Source of the DNA: Candidatus Micrarchaeota archaeon
GTDB taxonomy: Archaea; Micrarchaeota; Micrarchaeia; Micrarchaeales; CABMGC01
Reading direction: 5' to 3'
Assembly (NCBI GenBank): GCA_021817325.1
Contig: JAKAVK010000013.1
Span: forward strand, 7,651 to 71,650
Length of the DNA: 64,000 bases
The translations under genes and the position numbers were made by a program. Below are positions 55,642-63,385 of this stretch, piece by piece. A model generated the notes under the pieces. The model made no database searches and was not told the origin of the DNA. It was given only the letters and a program-made list of their open reading frames with translations. How positions within the stretch are numbered: the first letter of the stretch is position 1; each line of letters starts with the position of its first letter.

Positions 55642-56247
55642 GTGCAATCTGGTGCAGCCCCAGCGCAGCCCCAGAAACCGGACAGGGCAGAGGAGCTCAG
55701 GAAGAGCATAGACGTCGAGAAGAAGAAGATACCTCCGCTTATAGACAACATAAAGAGGCAGAGGCACAGGCTTGCGTACAAGCTGGCCGAGAAGGATGCC
55801 GTCTCCAAGCTGGCCGCAATAAGCCAGGATCGCACCAAGGACATAGGATACCTCAGGCGCAGGAAGGAGAGGCTGGAGTTCAGGATAGCCACCGAGGCAT
55901 TCACCTTGGAGGCTGAGAAGGATCTGATACGCAAGAAGAATGCTATAGAGGAGGAGCTTAACAAGGCGCTCAAGAGCTACAGGCTCAGGAAGAAGGCCGG
56001 CTTCGTGGAGAAGGACATAGAATTCCTGAAGGGTTCTATAGATGCACTAGAGAAGCAGGTAGATGAGGTGGACAAGAAGCTCGATGAGCTCTACTCGGAG
56101 TTGAGGAGGATAAATGGCCAGCAGAGGAGGAGACCAAGGCCGGAGAGGAAGGATACCCCTGCTCCAAAGCACGCTGAGATAAGCCTGGCCGACATAGCCA
56201 CCATCAAGGACAAGACCAAGGAGAGCGGAAAAAGCAACGGTGCTTGA
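55642..56247 (+). CDS. Archaeal coiled-coil protein (COG1340-like)
   Basis: 201 aa, heptad-rich and highly charged. GTG start. Its stop overlaps the ATG of the beta-CASP gene (TGATG). Confidence 0.6.
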   Translation: MQSGAAPAQPQKPDRAEELRKSIDVEKKKIPPLIDNIKRQRHRLAYKLAEKDAVSKLAAISQDRTKDIGYLRRRKERLEFRIATEAFTLEAEKDLIRKKNAIEEELNKALKSYRLRKKAGFVEKDIEFLKGSIDALEKQVDEVDKKLDELYSELRRINGQQRRRPRPERKDTPAPKHAEISLADIATIKDKTKESGKSNGA

Positions 56248-57560
56248 TGTTGAAACTTACTTTTTATGGCGCAGCAGGGGAAGTGGGAAGGAGCTGCATT
56301 CTGCTAGAGAGCAAAGGAACCAAGATACTGCTCGATGCGGGTGTGAAAATAGGCGAACATGACGAATATCCTCTGATACCAGACGAGGACCTCGGCAGCA
56401 TAGACGGTATTATCATAAGCCACGCCCATCTAGACCACTCCGGCTACCTGCCCCACATATATTCAACCGGATACGAGGGTTACACCTATACCCTCAAGCC
56501 CACGTTTGAACTGACAAATGTTCTTGTAAGCGACTATGTGCGCATCTCAAATCCCTCAAACATAACAAAGGAGGGCATAGCAAAGATGCAAAAGCACCAC
56601 AGGCTTGTGGAGTACCACAGCGAGTTTGCCATCAAGAATCTCAAGATAAAGCTGGTGCCTGCAGGGCATATACTGGGCAGCGCCATGATAGAGGTGGATG
56701 ATGGCGAGAAGAGGCTGCTCTACACAGGTGACGTCAACTTCAGGTCTACCAAGATGCTGGATCCAGCCTACACCGAGCACCTGCATGCTGATGCGCTGAT
56801 AACAGAGTCTACGTACGCAGGCGAAAAAGATGCATTTGAGCCTGAGAGGAAGGTCATCGACAGCATGGTAACGAGCATGAACGAGACCATCAAGCAGGGC
56901 GGCAAGGTGATAGTGCCGGGCTTTGCCTCAGGGAGGGCGCAGGAGGTGCTGCTGCAGCTGGACGACTACATAAGATCCGGAGTCCTCCAGAAGGTCCCTA
57001 TCTATATTGACGGTATGATAAATAAAGCAATGAGGATACACCGGCACAACGTGATATACTGCAGGGACGAGCTGCAGAAGAGGATACTGCTTAACGAGGA
57101 CGATCCGTTCAAGAGCCCCAACTTCAATCCCGTCACCACAAGGCAGCAAAGATCCAAGATAATGACCGATAGCGAGGCCTGCATAATCGTCACTACAAGT
57201 GGCATGCTTACTGGCGGTCCTGTCATAAGGTATCTGCAGAGGCTGGGCGGCCAGGCGCAGAACAAGATGATCCTTGTGGGATATCAGGCTGTAGGGACCC
57301 TTGGAAGGGCCATACAGGACGGCGCGAAAGAGGTCAAGATAGAGGGCAAGAGATATCCCGTCAAGCTAAAGGTCGAGACCTTCCATCTCTCCGCGCATGC
57401 AGACAAGAGACAGCTGCTCAGCTTCATGGGCAGGATAGAAGGCCTCAGGCATGTCTTCATAGTGCACGGCGAGCTCCACAAGTCAAAGGAGCTCCAGGAG
57501 TCGCTGAAGAACAAATACGATGCGGTGGTGCCCTCGCTTGGCGAGGATTTCACCTTCTAG
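56247..57560 (+). CDS. Beta-CASP metallo-beta-lactamase ribonuclease (aCPSF2/RNase J-like, no KH domains)
   Basis: HAHLDHSG, beta-CASP motifs, C-terminal HLSAHAD...VHGE. Confidence 0.85.
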   Translation: MLKLTFYGAAGEVGRSCILLESKGTKILLDAGVKIGEHDEYPLIPDEDLGSIDGIIISHAHLDHSGYLPHIYSTGYEGYTYTLKPTFELTNVLVSDYVRISNPSNITKEGIAKMQKHHRLVEYHSEFAIKNLKIKLVPAGHILGSAMIEVDDGEKRLLYTGDVNFRSTKMLDPAYTEHLHADALITESTYAGEKDAFEPERKVIDSMVTSMNETIKQGGKVIVPGFASGRAQEVLLQLDDYIRSGVLQKVPIYIDGMINKAMRIHRHNVIYCRDELQKRILLNEDDPFKSPNFNPVTTRQQRSKIMTDSEACIIVTTSGMLTGGPVIRYLQRLGGQAQNKMILVGYQAVGTLGRAIQDGAKEVKIEGKRYPVKLKVETFHLSAHADKRQLLSFMGRIEGLRHVFIVHGELHKSKELQESLKNKYDAVVPSLGEDFTF

Positions 57561-57856
57561 TCATCGGAGTGCAGGATCACGAACCCGTCATAGCTGCCAG
57601 GGTCCTTGGGAAACGAGCCGCTCGACTCTCCGAACCTCTCTATAGCCGCAACTTGAGGGCCATTTTTCATGCTCACGTTGATCTCCTTCTCGAACTCTGA
57701 CAGTTCTCTCTGCCCTGCCTGGGCAAGTATGGTCACGCTGCCGTCAGGCATGTTCCTTACCATGCCCCTGATATTGTGCCTCTGCGCGGCGCGCTTCACG
57801 AGATAGCGGTAGCCTACACCCTGCACGAAGCCGTGCACTATCAGATAGATGCGCAT
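57557..57856 (-). CDS. acyP: Acylphosphatase
   Basis: VHGFVQGVGYRYLVKRAAQRHNIRGMVRNMPDGSV. Confidence 0.9.
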   Translation of the reverse strand: MRIYLIVHGFVQGVGYRYLVKRAAQRHNIRGMVRNMPDGSVTILAQAGQRELSEFEKEINVSMKNGPQVAAIERFGESSGSFPKDPGSYDGFVILHSDD

Positions 57857-57884
57857 GCATCACCAACTCCATATCTTAATTGCA

Positions 57885-57930
57885 CAAAACCGAAAAAAGT
57901 AAAAAGAAAGATAAAAAGAAAGAGAAAGCG
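57885..57930 (-). terminator. Oligo-T terminator region after the 57944..58360 gene
   Basis: On the minus strand, ctttctctttctttttatctttctttttacttttttcgg follows the stop within ~15 nt. Confidence 0.45.
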
Positions 57931-57943
57931 ACAAAGACCAAGA

Positions 57944-58360
57944 TCAGCCTTTGTACACAAGTGCCAGGATGCTGCCGATCAGGGCCAGTATGAAGCCCAA
58001 TATGAACCCGCCGCCATTCGCAAGGCTTATCAGCGAGAAGATAAGAGCCACTATGCCATATGCCTTCACCCTGCCGACATTGGATGCGCTCTTGAAGACT
58101 AGCAGTCCCATAACCAGCACTATGATTCCAGCAACCAGGCCTACGGCACCGTCAAGTCCAACCAAGCCCGAAACCGCTCCCGCAGCCACGCTCTTGTTAG
58201 TGGCCTGTCCATTCACAGTATAGGTGCCATTTGTCGATCTTATCAGACTGTTCGCTGCGTTGCCCAGTGCAATGGTGACTGCACCGCCAACCAGTATAAG
58301 CAAGCCTCCCAAAATCAGGAGTACCAGAGCCGCTGTAGGTTTTCCAGCCAATTTACTCAC
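57944..58360 (-). CDS. Small integral membrane protein (4 TM)
   Basis: 138 aa, Gly/Ala/Leu-rich helices. No family assigned. Confidence 0.65.
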   Translation of the reverse strand: MSKLAGKPTAALVLLILGGLLILVGGAVTIALGNAANSLIRSTNGTYTVNGQATNKSVAAGAVSGLVGLDGAVGLVAGIIVLVMGLLVFKSASNVGRVKAYGIVALIFSLISLANGGGFILGFILALIGSILALVYKG

Positions 58361-58439
58361 CAGTTTCTATATGCTACGCATGCTTATAAAGCTTCTGCGT
58401 GGCGCGTCTGCCCAATGCCCTGGTTGGGCATGGTAGAGG

Positions 58440-58512
58440 TGCGATCGCCGGGATTTGAACCCGGGTTTTTGCCTTGGAGGGGCAAAGTCCTACCAGGCTA
58501 GACTACGATCGC
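58440..58512 (-). tRNA. tRNA-Gly (anticodon TCC) with C rather than T at position 33
   Basis: Reverse complement: GCGATCG-TA-GTCT-AGCCTGGTA-GGAC-T-TTGCC-CCTCCAA-GGCAA-AAAC-CCGGG-TTCAAAT-CCCGG-CGATCGC-A. 73 nt. Confidence 0.8.
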
Positions 58513-58575
58513 ATTGAAGAATAAGCTAAACTTCGCTCTACTAATTAATATTGTTTCCTTCAGCTGCAGCTGCGT

Positions 58576-59088
58576 TTATACCCTTCTTCCCCTTCTGCCG
58601 CCAGGCCTCTTCGTGGTGTCTGTCGGTATCGGTGTCACGTCCTCTATGCTGCCTATCCTAAAGCCGCTCCTTGCAAGGGCCCTGACGACCGCCTGCGCGC
58701 CGTGCCCTGGCGTCTTTGAGCTGTGGCCTCCCGGAGCTCTTATCTTTATGTTTATGTGGGTGACCCCCTTCTCTATTGCAATGGCAGATACCTTGTAGGC
58801 CGCCTGCATGGCCGCGTAAGGAGAGCCCTCCTCATGATCGGCATCTACTACCATCCCGCCGCTGCCTACTGCTATAGTCTCCGACCCTGAGAGATCGGTT
58901 ACAGTTATTATGGTATTGTTCTTTGACGAATAGACATGGGCTACGCCCCAGCGGGTGCCCTTCTGCTTGGTCTTCTGCTGCGCATCAGCTACCATATTCT
59001 CATACGCAATCTGGCCCTTCTTACTCTTCTCCTCCTTTCCCTTAGCCTGCTCCTGCTGTGCATTCCTCTTCTTCTCGGCCATAATCAT
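58576..59088 (-). CDS. rps11: Ribosomal protein uS11 (with ~40-aa Lys/Glu/Gln-rich N-terminal extension)
   Basis: [21 protein letters not shown]...SPYAAMQAA...IKIRAPGG...[13 protein letters not shown]. Confidence 0.93.
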   Translation of the reverse strand: MIMAEKKRNAQQEQAKGKEEKSKKGQIAYENMVADAQQKTKQKGTRWGVAHVYSSKNNTIITVTDLSGSETIAVGSGGMVVDADHEEGSPYAAMQAAYKVSAIAIEKGVTHINIKIRAPGGHSSKTPGHGAQAVVRALARSGFRIGSIEDVTPIPTDTTKRPGGRRGRRV

Positions 59089-59654
59089 TCACCTTCTCCT
59101 GCAATCTTCCTTGGTGCATTGGCTTCTGCCGCCTGTGCGACTGCCCCTTTCACCATATTTGCCTGTATAGCCTTGCTCGCATGGTCTATGTCTATGGGTC
59201 TGTAATATCCTATCTTGGATTCCTCGTCCTTCTGCACCAGGTAGCCGGGTGCGCTGACCCTCCTCCCTTCAACAGCGATAAAGCCGTGTGTTATGAGCTG
59301 TCTTGACTGGTTCATTGTCTTGGCGAGGCCCTTGCTTACCACAACAGATTGCAGCCTCCTGTTCAGTATCGCCTCCGGGCTGACCACCAAAAGGTCATCC
59401 AGCGTTGCACCGCTCTTGACTATATCATATCTGGCAAGCCTGCCTATTATCCTATCTCCCTCAGTAGACCTGCCTGCAAGTGCTTCCCTAACATTCCTCC
59501 TTATCTTGCTTATCTCGGTTGTAACCTTCCACAATTCCCTGAGGTTCTTTAGCCCGTACTTCCTCTTGAGTGCGTGTTCCTCATCTATCCTCTGCCTGTT
59601 CCACATCATCTTGGTGGGCTGATATTTCTTCCTAATCCTCCGTGGGTCTCCCAT
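59085..59654 (-). CDS. rps4: Ribosomal protein uS4
   Basis: [14 protein letters not shown]...[11 protein letters not shown]...[35 protein letters not shown]. Confidence 0.93.
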   Translation of the reverse strand: MGDPRRIRKKYQPTKMMWNRQRIDEEHALKRKYGLKNLRELWKVTTEISKIRRNVREALAGRSTEGDRIIGRLARYDIVKSGATLDDLLVVSPEAILNRRLQSVVVSKGLAKTMNQSRQLITHGFIAVEGRRVSAPGYLVQKDEESKIGYYRPIDIDHASKAIQANMVKGAVAQAAEANAPRKIAGEGE

Positions 59655-59664
59655 TCATTCACCA

Positions 59665-60291
59665 TTACTTTGCCGCAGCAGCCGGCTTTCCAGCCGGTGC
59701 AGCTGCCGGAGCGCCACCAGCTGCCGGGGCGGCCGCAGGCGCACCAGGCTTTCCTGGAACTGTCTTCGGCGCAGGCTTTGCGGCCTCTGCAACCTTGGAT
59801 TTGCTGACACCGACAGTCGTTCCTGTCCTGCCAGTGGATCTTGTTCTCTGTCCGCGCACCCGCTGGCCATACATGTGCCTAAAGCCCCTCCATGTCTGCA
59901 GCTTTACGTCCCTGTCTATGTCCTGCTTGTTTGCCACTATGAGATCTGTTCCAACGACATGGAGGTCGGCTCCTGTATCATAATCCTTTCTCCTGTTGAG
60001 TACGTAGTTGGGGAGGCCGCCTTTCAGCGGCTCCTTCATCGCAAGTTCTATCTTATCCACCTGTTCGTCGCTCAGCGCACCTATCTTAGTTGAGGCCGGA
60101 ATGCCCAAATTCCTCTCTATCGCGAGGGAGAGCCCATGGGCCATATTGTATCCTATGCCCTTGATCTGCATAAGGGCCTTGACAATCCTGTAATTGCCGT
60201 TGATGTCCCTTCCAGCCATCCTTATTATTCCTAGCTCTTCGCTCTCCTTTGCACCTTTCTTGTCTGGTACGTTTGCATTAGCCATAGCCAT
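59665..60291 (-). CDS. rps13: Ribosomal protein uS13 with Ala/Pro/Lys-rich C-terminal tail
   Basis: IIRMAGRDINGNYRIVKALMQIKGIGYNMA...WRGFRHMYGQRVRGQRTRSTGR. Start trimmed to ATG 60291 (the track GTG at 60303 would touch the tRNA). Confidence 0.92.
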   Translation of the reverse strand: MAMANANVPDKKGAKESEELGIIRMAGRDINGNYRIVKALMQIKGIGYNMAHGLSLAIERNLGIPASTKIGALSDEQVDKIELAMKEPLKGGLPNYVLNRRKDYDTGADLHVVGTDLIVANKQDIDRDVKLQTWRGFRHMYGQRVRGQRTRSTGRTGTTVGVSKSKVAEAAKPAPKTVPGKPGAPAAAPAAGGAPAAAPAGKPAAAAK

Positions 60292-60302
60292 ATTAAGCAC
60301 CA

Positions 60303-60428
60303 CGCCAGGGTTGGGATATTCAGCATATGCTATATGCTTTTGAACCCAAAAGACTCGCGAGAGTCATGCGCTTGCAAGCCTTGATTTCGTTTCCAGGCGC
60401 ACGCGTTACCGGATTCTGCCACCCTGGC
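60303..60428 (-). tRNA. tRNA-Ser (anticodon GGA) with two introns (canonical 37/38 and T-loop)
   Basis: Acceptor GCCAGGG/CCCTGGC, discriminator G, anticodon stem TGCGC/GCGCA with loop CTGGAA[~18 nt]A, variable arm GACTC-TCGC-GAGTC, T-stem TTGGG/CCCAA enclosing 29 nt instead of 7. 126 nt total. Confidence 0.75.
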
Positions 60429-60453
60429 ATTTGCTAAACCATTATGCATGCTA

Positions 60454-60470
60454 CCTTATTAAAATTTGCC
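60454..60470 (-). promoter_or_regulatory. TATA-like box upstream of tRNA-Ser
   Basis: Minus strand ggcaaattttaataagg, 26-42 nt upstream of the tRNA 5' end. Confidence 0.4.
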
Positions 60471-60559
60471 ATAGCAGCAAATAGCACTAATTATTATCAA
60501 TAAAAGCATATATAAAGTTAGCTTCCCAAGCCGTTTTCCAATATTCTGCAACAAATATC

Positions 60560-60907
60560 CTATCGGACCGCCTGCCCGGCTATTTTCGCTCTGCGTGCCC
60601 TTGCAAGGAGCGTGCTGTATGTGGGCTTAAAATCTGCGACACGGGTACTTGGGCCGCGTATGACTTGCCCTCCCACTCCACGCTCGGTATCCTGCCCGGG
60701 CTTTCCCATTCTAAGAAGCCAGAACGTGTCGTCGCGTACCACGATACGGCCGTCGTCTCTAAGTTTTCTGAATCTGCCTTCATGATAGAGCGCATCGAAG
60801 AGGTCGCTGCCAACTGTCATGAAAGGTCCACTATGGTTTACACAAGGTCCGCCAGTGTTTCCTGTACCTTCATGCACCTCGTACTTCGCTCTGCCTGTGC
60901 GTCTCAT
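60560..60907 (-). CDS. Hypothetical protein, 115 aa (downstream member of a coupled pair)
   Basis: Track ORF with a 4-nt ATGA overlap to the upstream ORF. Gly/Arg-rich. No family recognised. Confidence 0.55.
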   Translation of the reverse strand: MRRTGRAKYEVHEGTGNTGGPCVNHSGPFMTVGSDLFDALYHEGRFRKLRDDGRIVVRDDTFWLLRMGKPGQDTERGVGGQVIRGPSTRVADFKPTYSTLLARARRAKIAGQAVR

Positions 60908-61326
60908 CTCCTGCCAGCCTCATCTCGTCTCCTAACTGCCATCATATGGTCATTGTACGCTCCCTCAACCCATATGTGCTCCGCTATCCCAGCAACCATC
61001 ACCGCCGGGCCATTCATGCCTGCGAGGAATAATCTCAGTGCCACATCATCAAGGCTCTGCACCACCTCGGCCTGTTTTCTTGCAGCTTGAGCAAAACCCA
61101 CCGCGGTATCTGTTGCGGCATCGGTTCTTGATTCCCTGAGGAGAGAGCGTACAGCATGCAGCGCCTCAATGAGACCTGCGCATTCGCTGGGTCTGCCTGT
61201 TTCGCGCATCAATTCCTTCACACGAGCTCCGTCGTGCAAAAGCCCAAAGGATCCACCCTGGGCATGGTATCCATTGTATACCTCGGCTGTCGATTGCCTC
61301 ATTGCCATGTTATTACTGATTCTCAT
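60904..61326 (-). CDS. Hypothetical protein, 140 aa (upstream member of a coupled pair)
   Basis: Track ORF, helical Ala/Arg/Glu-rich. No family recognised. Confidence 0.55.
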   Translation of the reverse strand: MRISNNMAMRQSTAEVYNGYHAQGGSFGLLHDGARVKELMRETGRPSECAGLIEALHAVRSLLRESRTDAATDTAVGFAQAARKQAEVVQSLDDVALRLFLAGMNGPAVMVAGIAEHIWVEGAYNDHMMAVRRRDEAGRR

Positions 61327-61475
61327 CTGCTACCCATTATTTAAACGTTTTCTACCAAGTCCGCACGATGGATGAGGAAGGCAGAGCGTTTACCAGAGAT
61401 TCAATATCCCCGTACAATACCTTTAATAACATGATATGAGAATAAATAATGGGGTGAGGACTCGTGGGAGAGTAC

Positions 61476-61610
61476 ATGTACTATTGCCCATGCGGCTATG
61501 AAATAAAGCATGCCAACAAGGGGCATGTAATTAGGTACGCCGAAGAGCATGGCAACAGGTGCAGCATGGCATGGGATTCTGAGATAGTCGAGCTTGAAAC
61601 CGTTCTCTGA
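61476..61610 (+). CDS. Possible small Cys/His-containing protein (44 aa)
   Basis: Own translation: MYYCPCGYEIKHANKGHVIRYAEEHGNRCSMAWDSEIVELETVL. Below the track cutoff. Confidence 0.25.
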   Translation: MYYCPCGYEIKHANKGHVIRYAEEHGNRCSMAWDSEIVELETVL

Positions 61611-61672
61611 CTGCCGGCTGCTGCAATCTGTATAATGCCAGAGGCAGTGTGATTAGCGTTATTGTGGAATCT

Positions 61673-61771
61673 ATGCAAATGCCAGATCCGCAGTCATGGG
61701 CTGCGCCAGAGAGGGCCAAAGCCTGCTCTTACTGCAAGGCCTGTAGCGTAGAAATGCGGCAGAGACTATAA
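61673..61771 (+). CDS. Possible small Cys-containing protein (32 aa)
   Basis: Own translation: MQMPDPQSWAAPERAKACSYCKACSVEMRQRL. Confidence 0.15.
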   Translation: MQMPDPQSWAAPERAKACSYCKACSVEMRQRL

Positions 61772-61851
61772 ACATAATACTAAAGAAGATTGAGACAAAG
61801 ATGCATAGTCCATGCTGGTACGGAGTTCTCCATCAATACTATTCTGCACAA

Positions 61852-61863
61852 CTTATATATTTT
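61852..61863 (+). promoter_or_regulatory. TATA-like box for the peroxiredoxin gene
   Basis: cttatatatttt, 27-38 nt upstream of ATG 61890. Confidence 0.4.
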
Positions 61864-61889
61864 CATGTAGTATATAAATCAGTGATACC

Positions 61890-62486
61890 ATGCAGAATCT
61901 ACTATCCATAGGCGAACCAGTTCCTGAAATTCGATCCAAGGCCTGGTTCCCAGAGCAAAGAGCAATAAAGGAATTCAAGTTATCCGCCCAGAAGGGGAAG
62001 TGGGTGATAATAACTTTCTATCCTGGTGATTTCACGTTTGTCTGTGCTACCGACATAGAGGCATTCATGACTTCATACGGCGAATTCTCCAAGAACGGTG
62101 CGGTCATAGTTGCAATAAGTACTGACAGCATATTCTCACACAAAGCGTGGAGCGAGACATCTCCCCGCGTAAAACAAAGCAAGATACCGCTGATAGACGA
62201 TTTCAATAAAAAGATCTCCGCAGAATACGGTTTTCTGAACAATGAGACTGGGGCCGCCAGAAGAGGTACGGTAATAGTCGATCCAGACGGCAAGTTGCAA
62301 TACTATGCGATACACAACGATGCGCTTGGCAAGGATGTCGACCATATCTATACCGCATTCATGGGCTTGAAGTTCGTTAGGGACACGCCTACAGAGGCTG
62401 GACACATATGTGCGGTCCCTGCAAACTGGAAACTTGGCAAGCGGACGCTCGATATAGACGTAGTAAATGATATAGGCAAGCTGTAA
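61890..62486 (+). CDS. Peroxiredoxin (AhpC/TSA family)
   Basis: FYPGDFTFVCATD (peroxidatic Cys), SHKAW, and a candidate resolving Cys in GHICAVP. Confidence 0.88.
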   Translation: MQNLLSIGEPVPEIRSKAWFPEQRAIKEFKLSAQKGKWVIITFYPGDFTFVCATDIEAFMTSYGEFSKNGAVIVAISTDSIFSHKAWSETSPRVKQSKIPLIDDFNKKISAEYGFLNNETGAARRGTVIVDPDGKLQYYAIHNDALGKDVDHIYTAFMGLKFVRDTPTEAGHICAVPANWKLGKRTLDIDVVNDIGKL

Positions 62487-62530
62487 GATAAAGGTTAATA
62501 ATCTTGCATTGGTTAAGATTTACGATAAGG

Positions 62531-63367
62531 ATGCCGCGCGGATACATGCTGTTATTGTTCATAGCCTCATTGGTTGCCGGCGTAGCAAATGCCACATATC
62601 TGAGCGTGCAGGGGCCAGTGTCCAACACGCTCCACAATGGCGGTTCGATATACCTGGGCAAGGTGGCTCCAGGAGAGAGTTTCTATGTAATGGCCGGGTC
62701 AGGCACAACCAATGCGACAGGCACATACACATATCCAGGGTGGGATAAGCTTGAGGCTGTCAGTCATCCTGCAGGATGGTCAACGCAGCCTTCACCACTA
62801 TACGAGAATCCGATGAAGATGAAGGTGACTGTCTCTCCTAATGCGCCTATCGGGATATATAATCTGACCCTTCGCGCGGTCAACGTTGGTAACTACTCAA
62901 AGTTAGGCAATCTGACCTTCATTGCATATGTCAACGTGACCCCGGACGTCTTCTCCACCACTATCGGTCCCACACAGCTAAGCGCAGGTCCAGGCCAGCC
63001 TACTAATGTACGCATATCGATAAACAACACTGGCATATCTGATGACCCTTTTGTGATAACGGCCCACGGGCTGCCAGCATGGAATGTCTCTGACATTGTG
63101 ATTGCGCAGCATGCGGCTGTAACAGACTTCACATATCCTGTCTATGTAGATGAGCCTGGCAGGTACAGCTTCAACATCACTGTCGCCTCAACTACAAGTA
63201 ATGAGGTTTCCAGCACGTATCCGATGATGCTCAAGGTCAATTCAAATTTGCTAAACGACTATTCAGCCATAGGTCAGGGGGTTATAATCTCCCCTGTAAT
63301 CCTGGAGCCTGCATATGCGTTCATGCTCCTTCTCTCATACCTATACAACATCGCCACAGGTCAATAA
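62531..63367 (+). CDS. Secreted CARDB/COG1361-like surface protein with C-terminal hydrophobic segment
   Basis: Signal MLLLFIASLVAGVANA. Repeated beta-rich modules with N-x-S/T sequons (NATG, NLTL, NYSK, NLTF, NVTP, NNTG, NVSD, NITV). ATG 62531. Confidence 0.7.
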   Translation: MPRGYMLLLFIASLVAGVANATYLSVQGPVSNTLHNGGSIYLGKVAPGESFYVMAGSGTTNATGTYTYPGWDKLEAVSHPAGWSTQPSPLYENPMKMKVTVSPNAPIGIYNLTLRAVNVGNYSKLGNLTFIAYVNVTPDVFSTTIGPTQLSAGPGQPTNVRISINNTGISDDPFVITAHGLPAWNVSDIVIAQHAAVTDFTYPVYVDEPGRYSFNITVASTTSNEVSSTYPMMLKVNSNLLNDYSAIGQGVIISPVILEPAYAFMLLLSYLYNIATGQ

Positions 63368-63385
63368 GCAATAACGTGAGAAACA

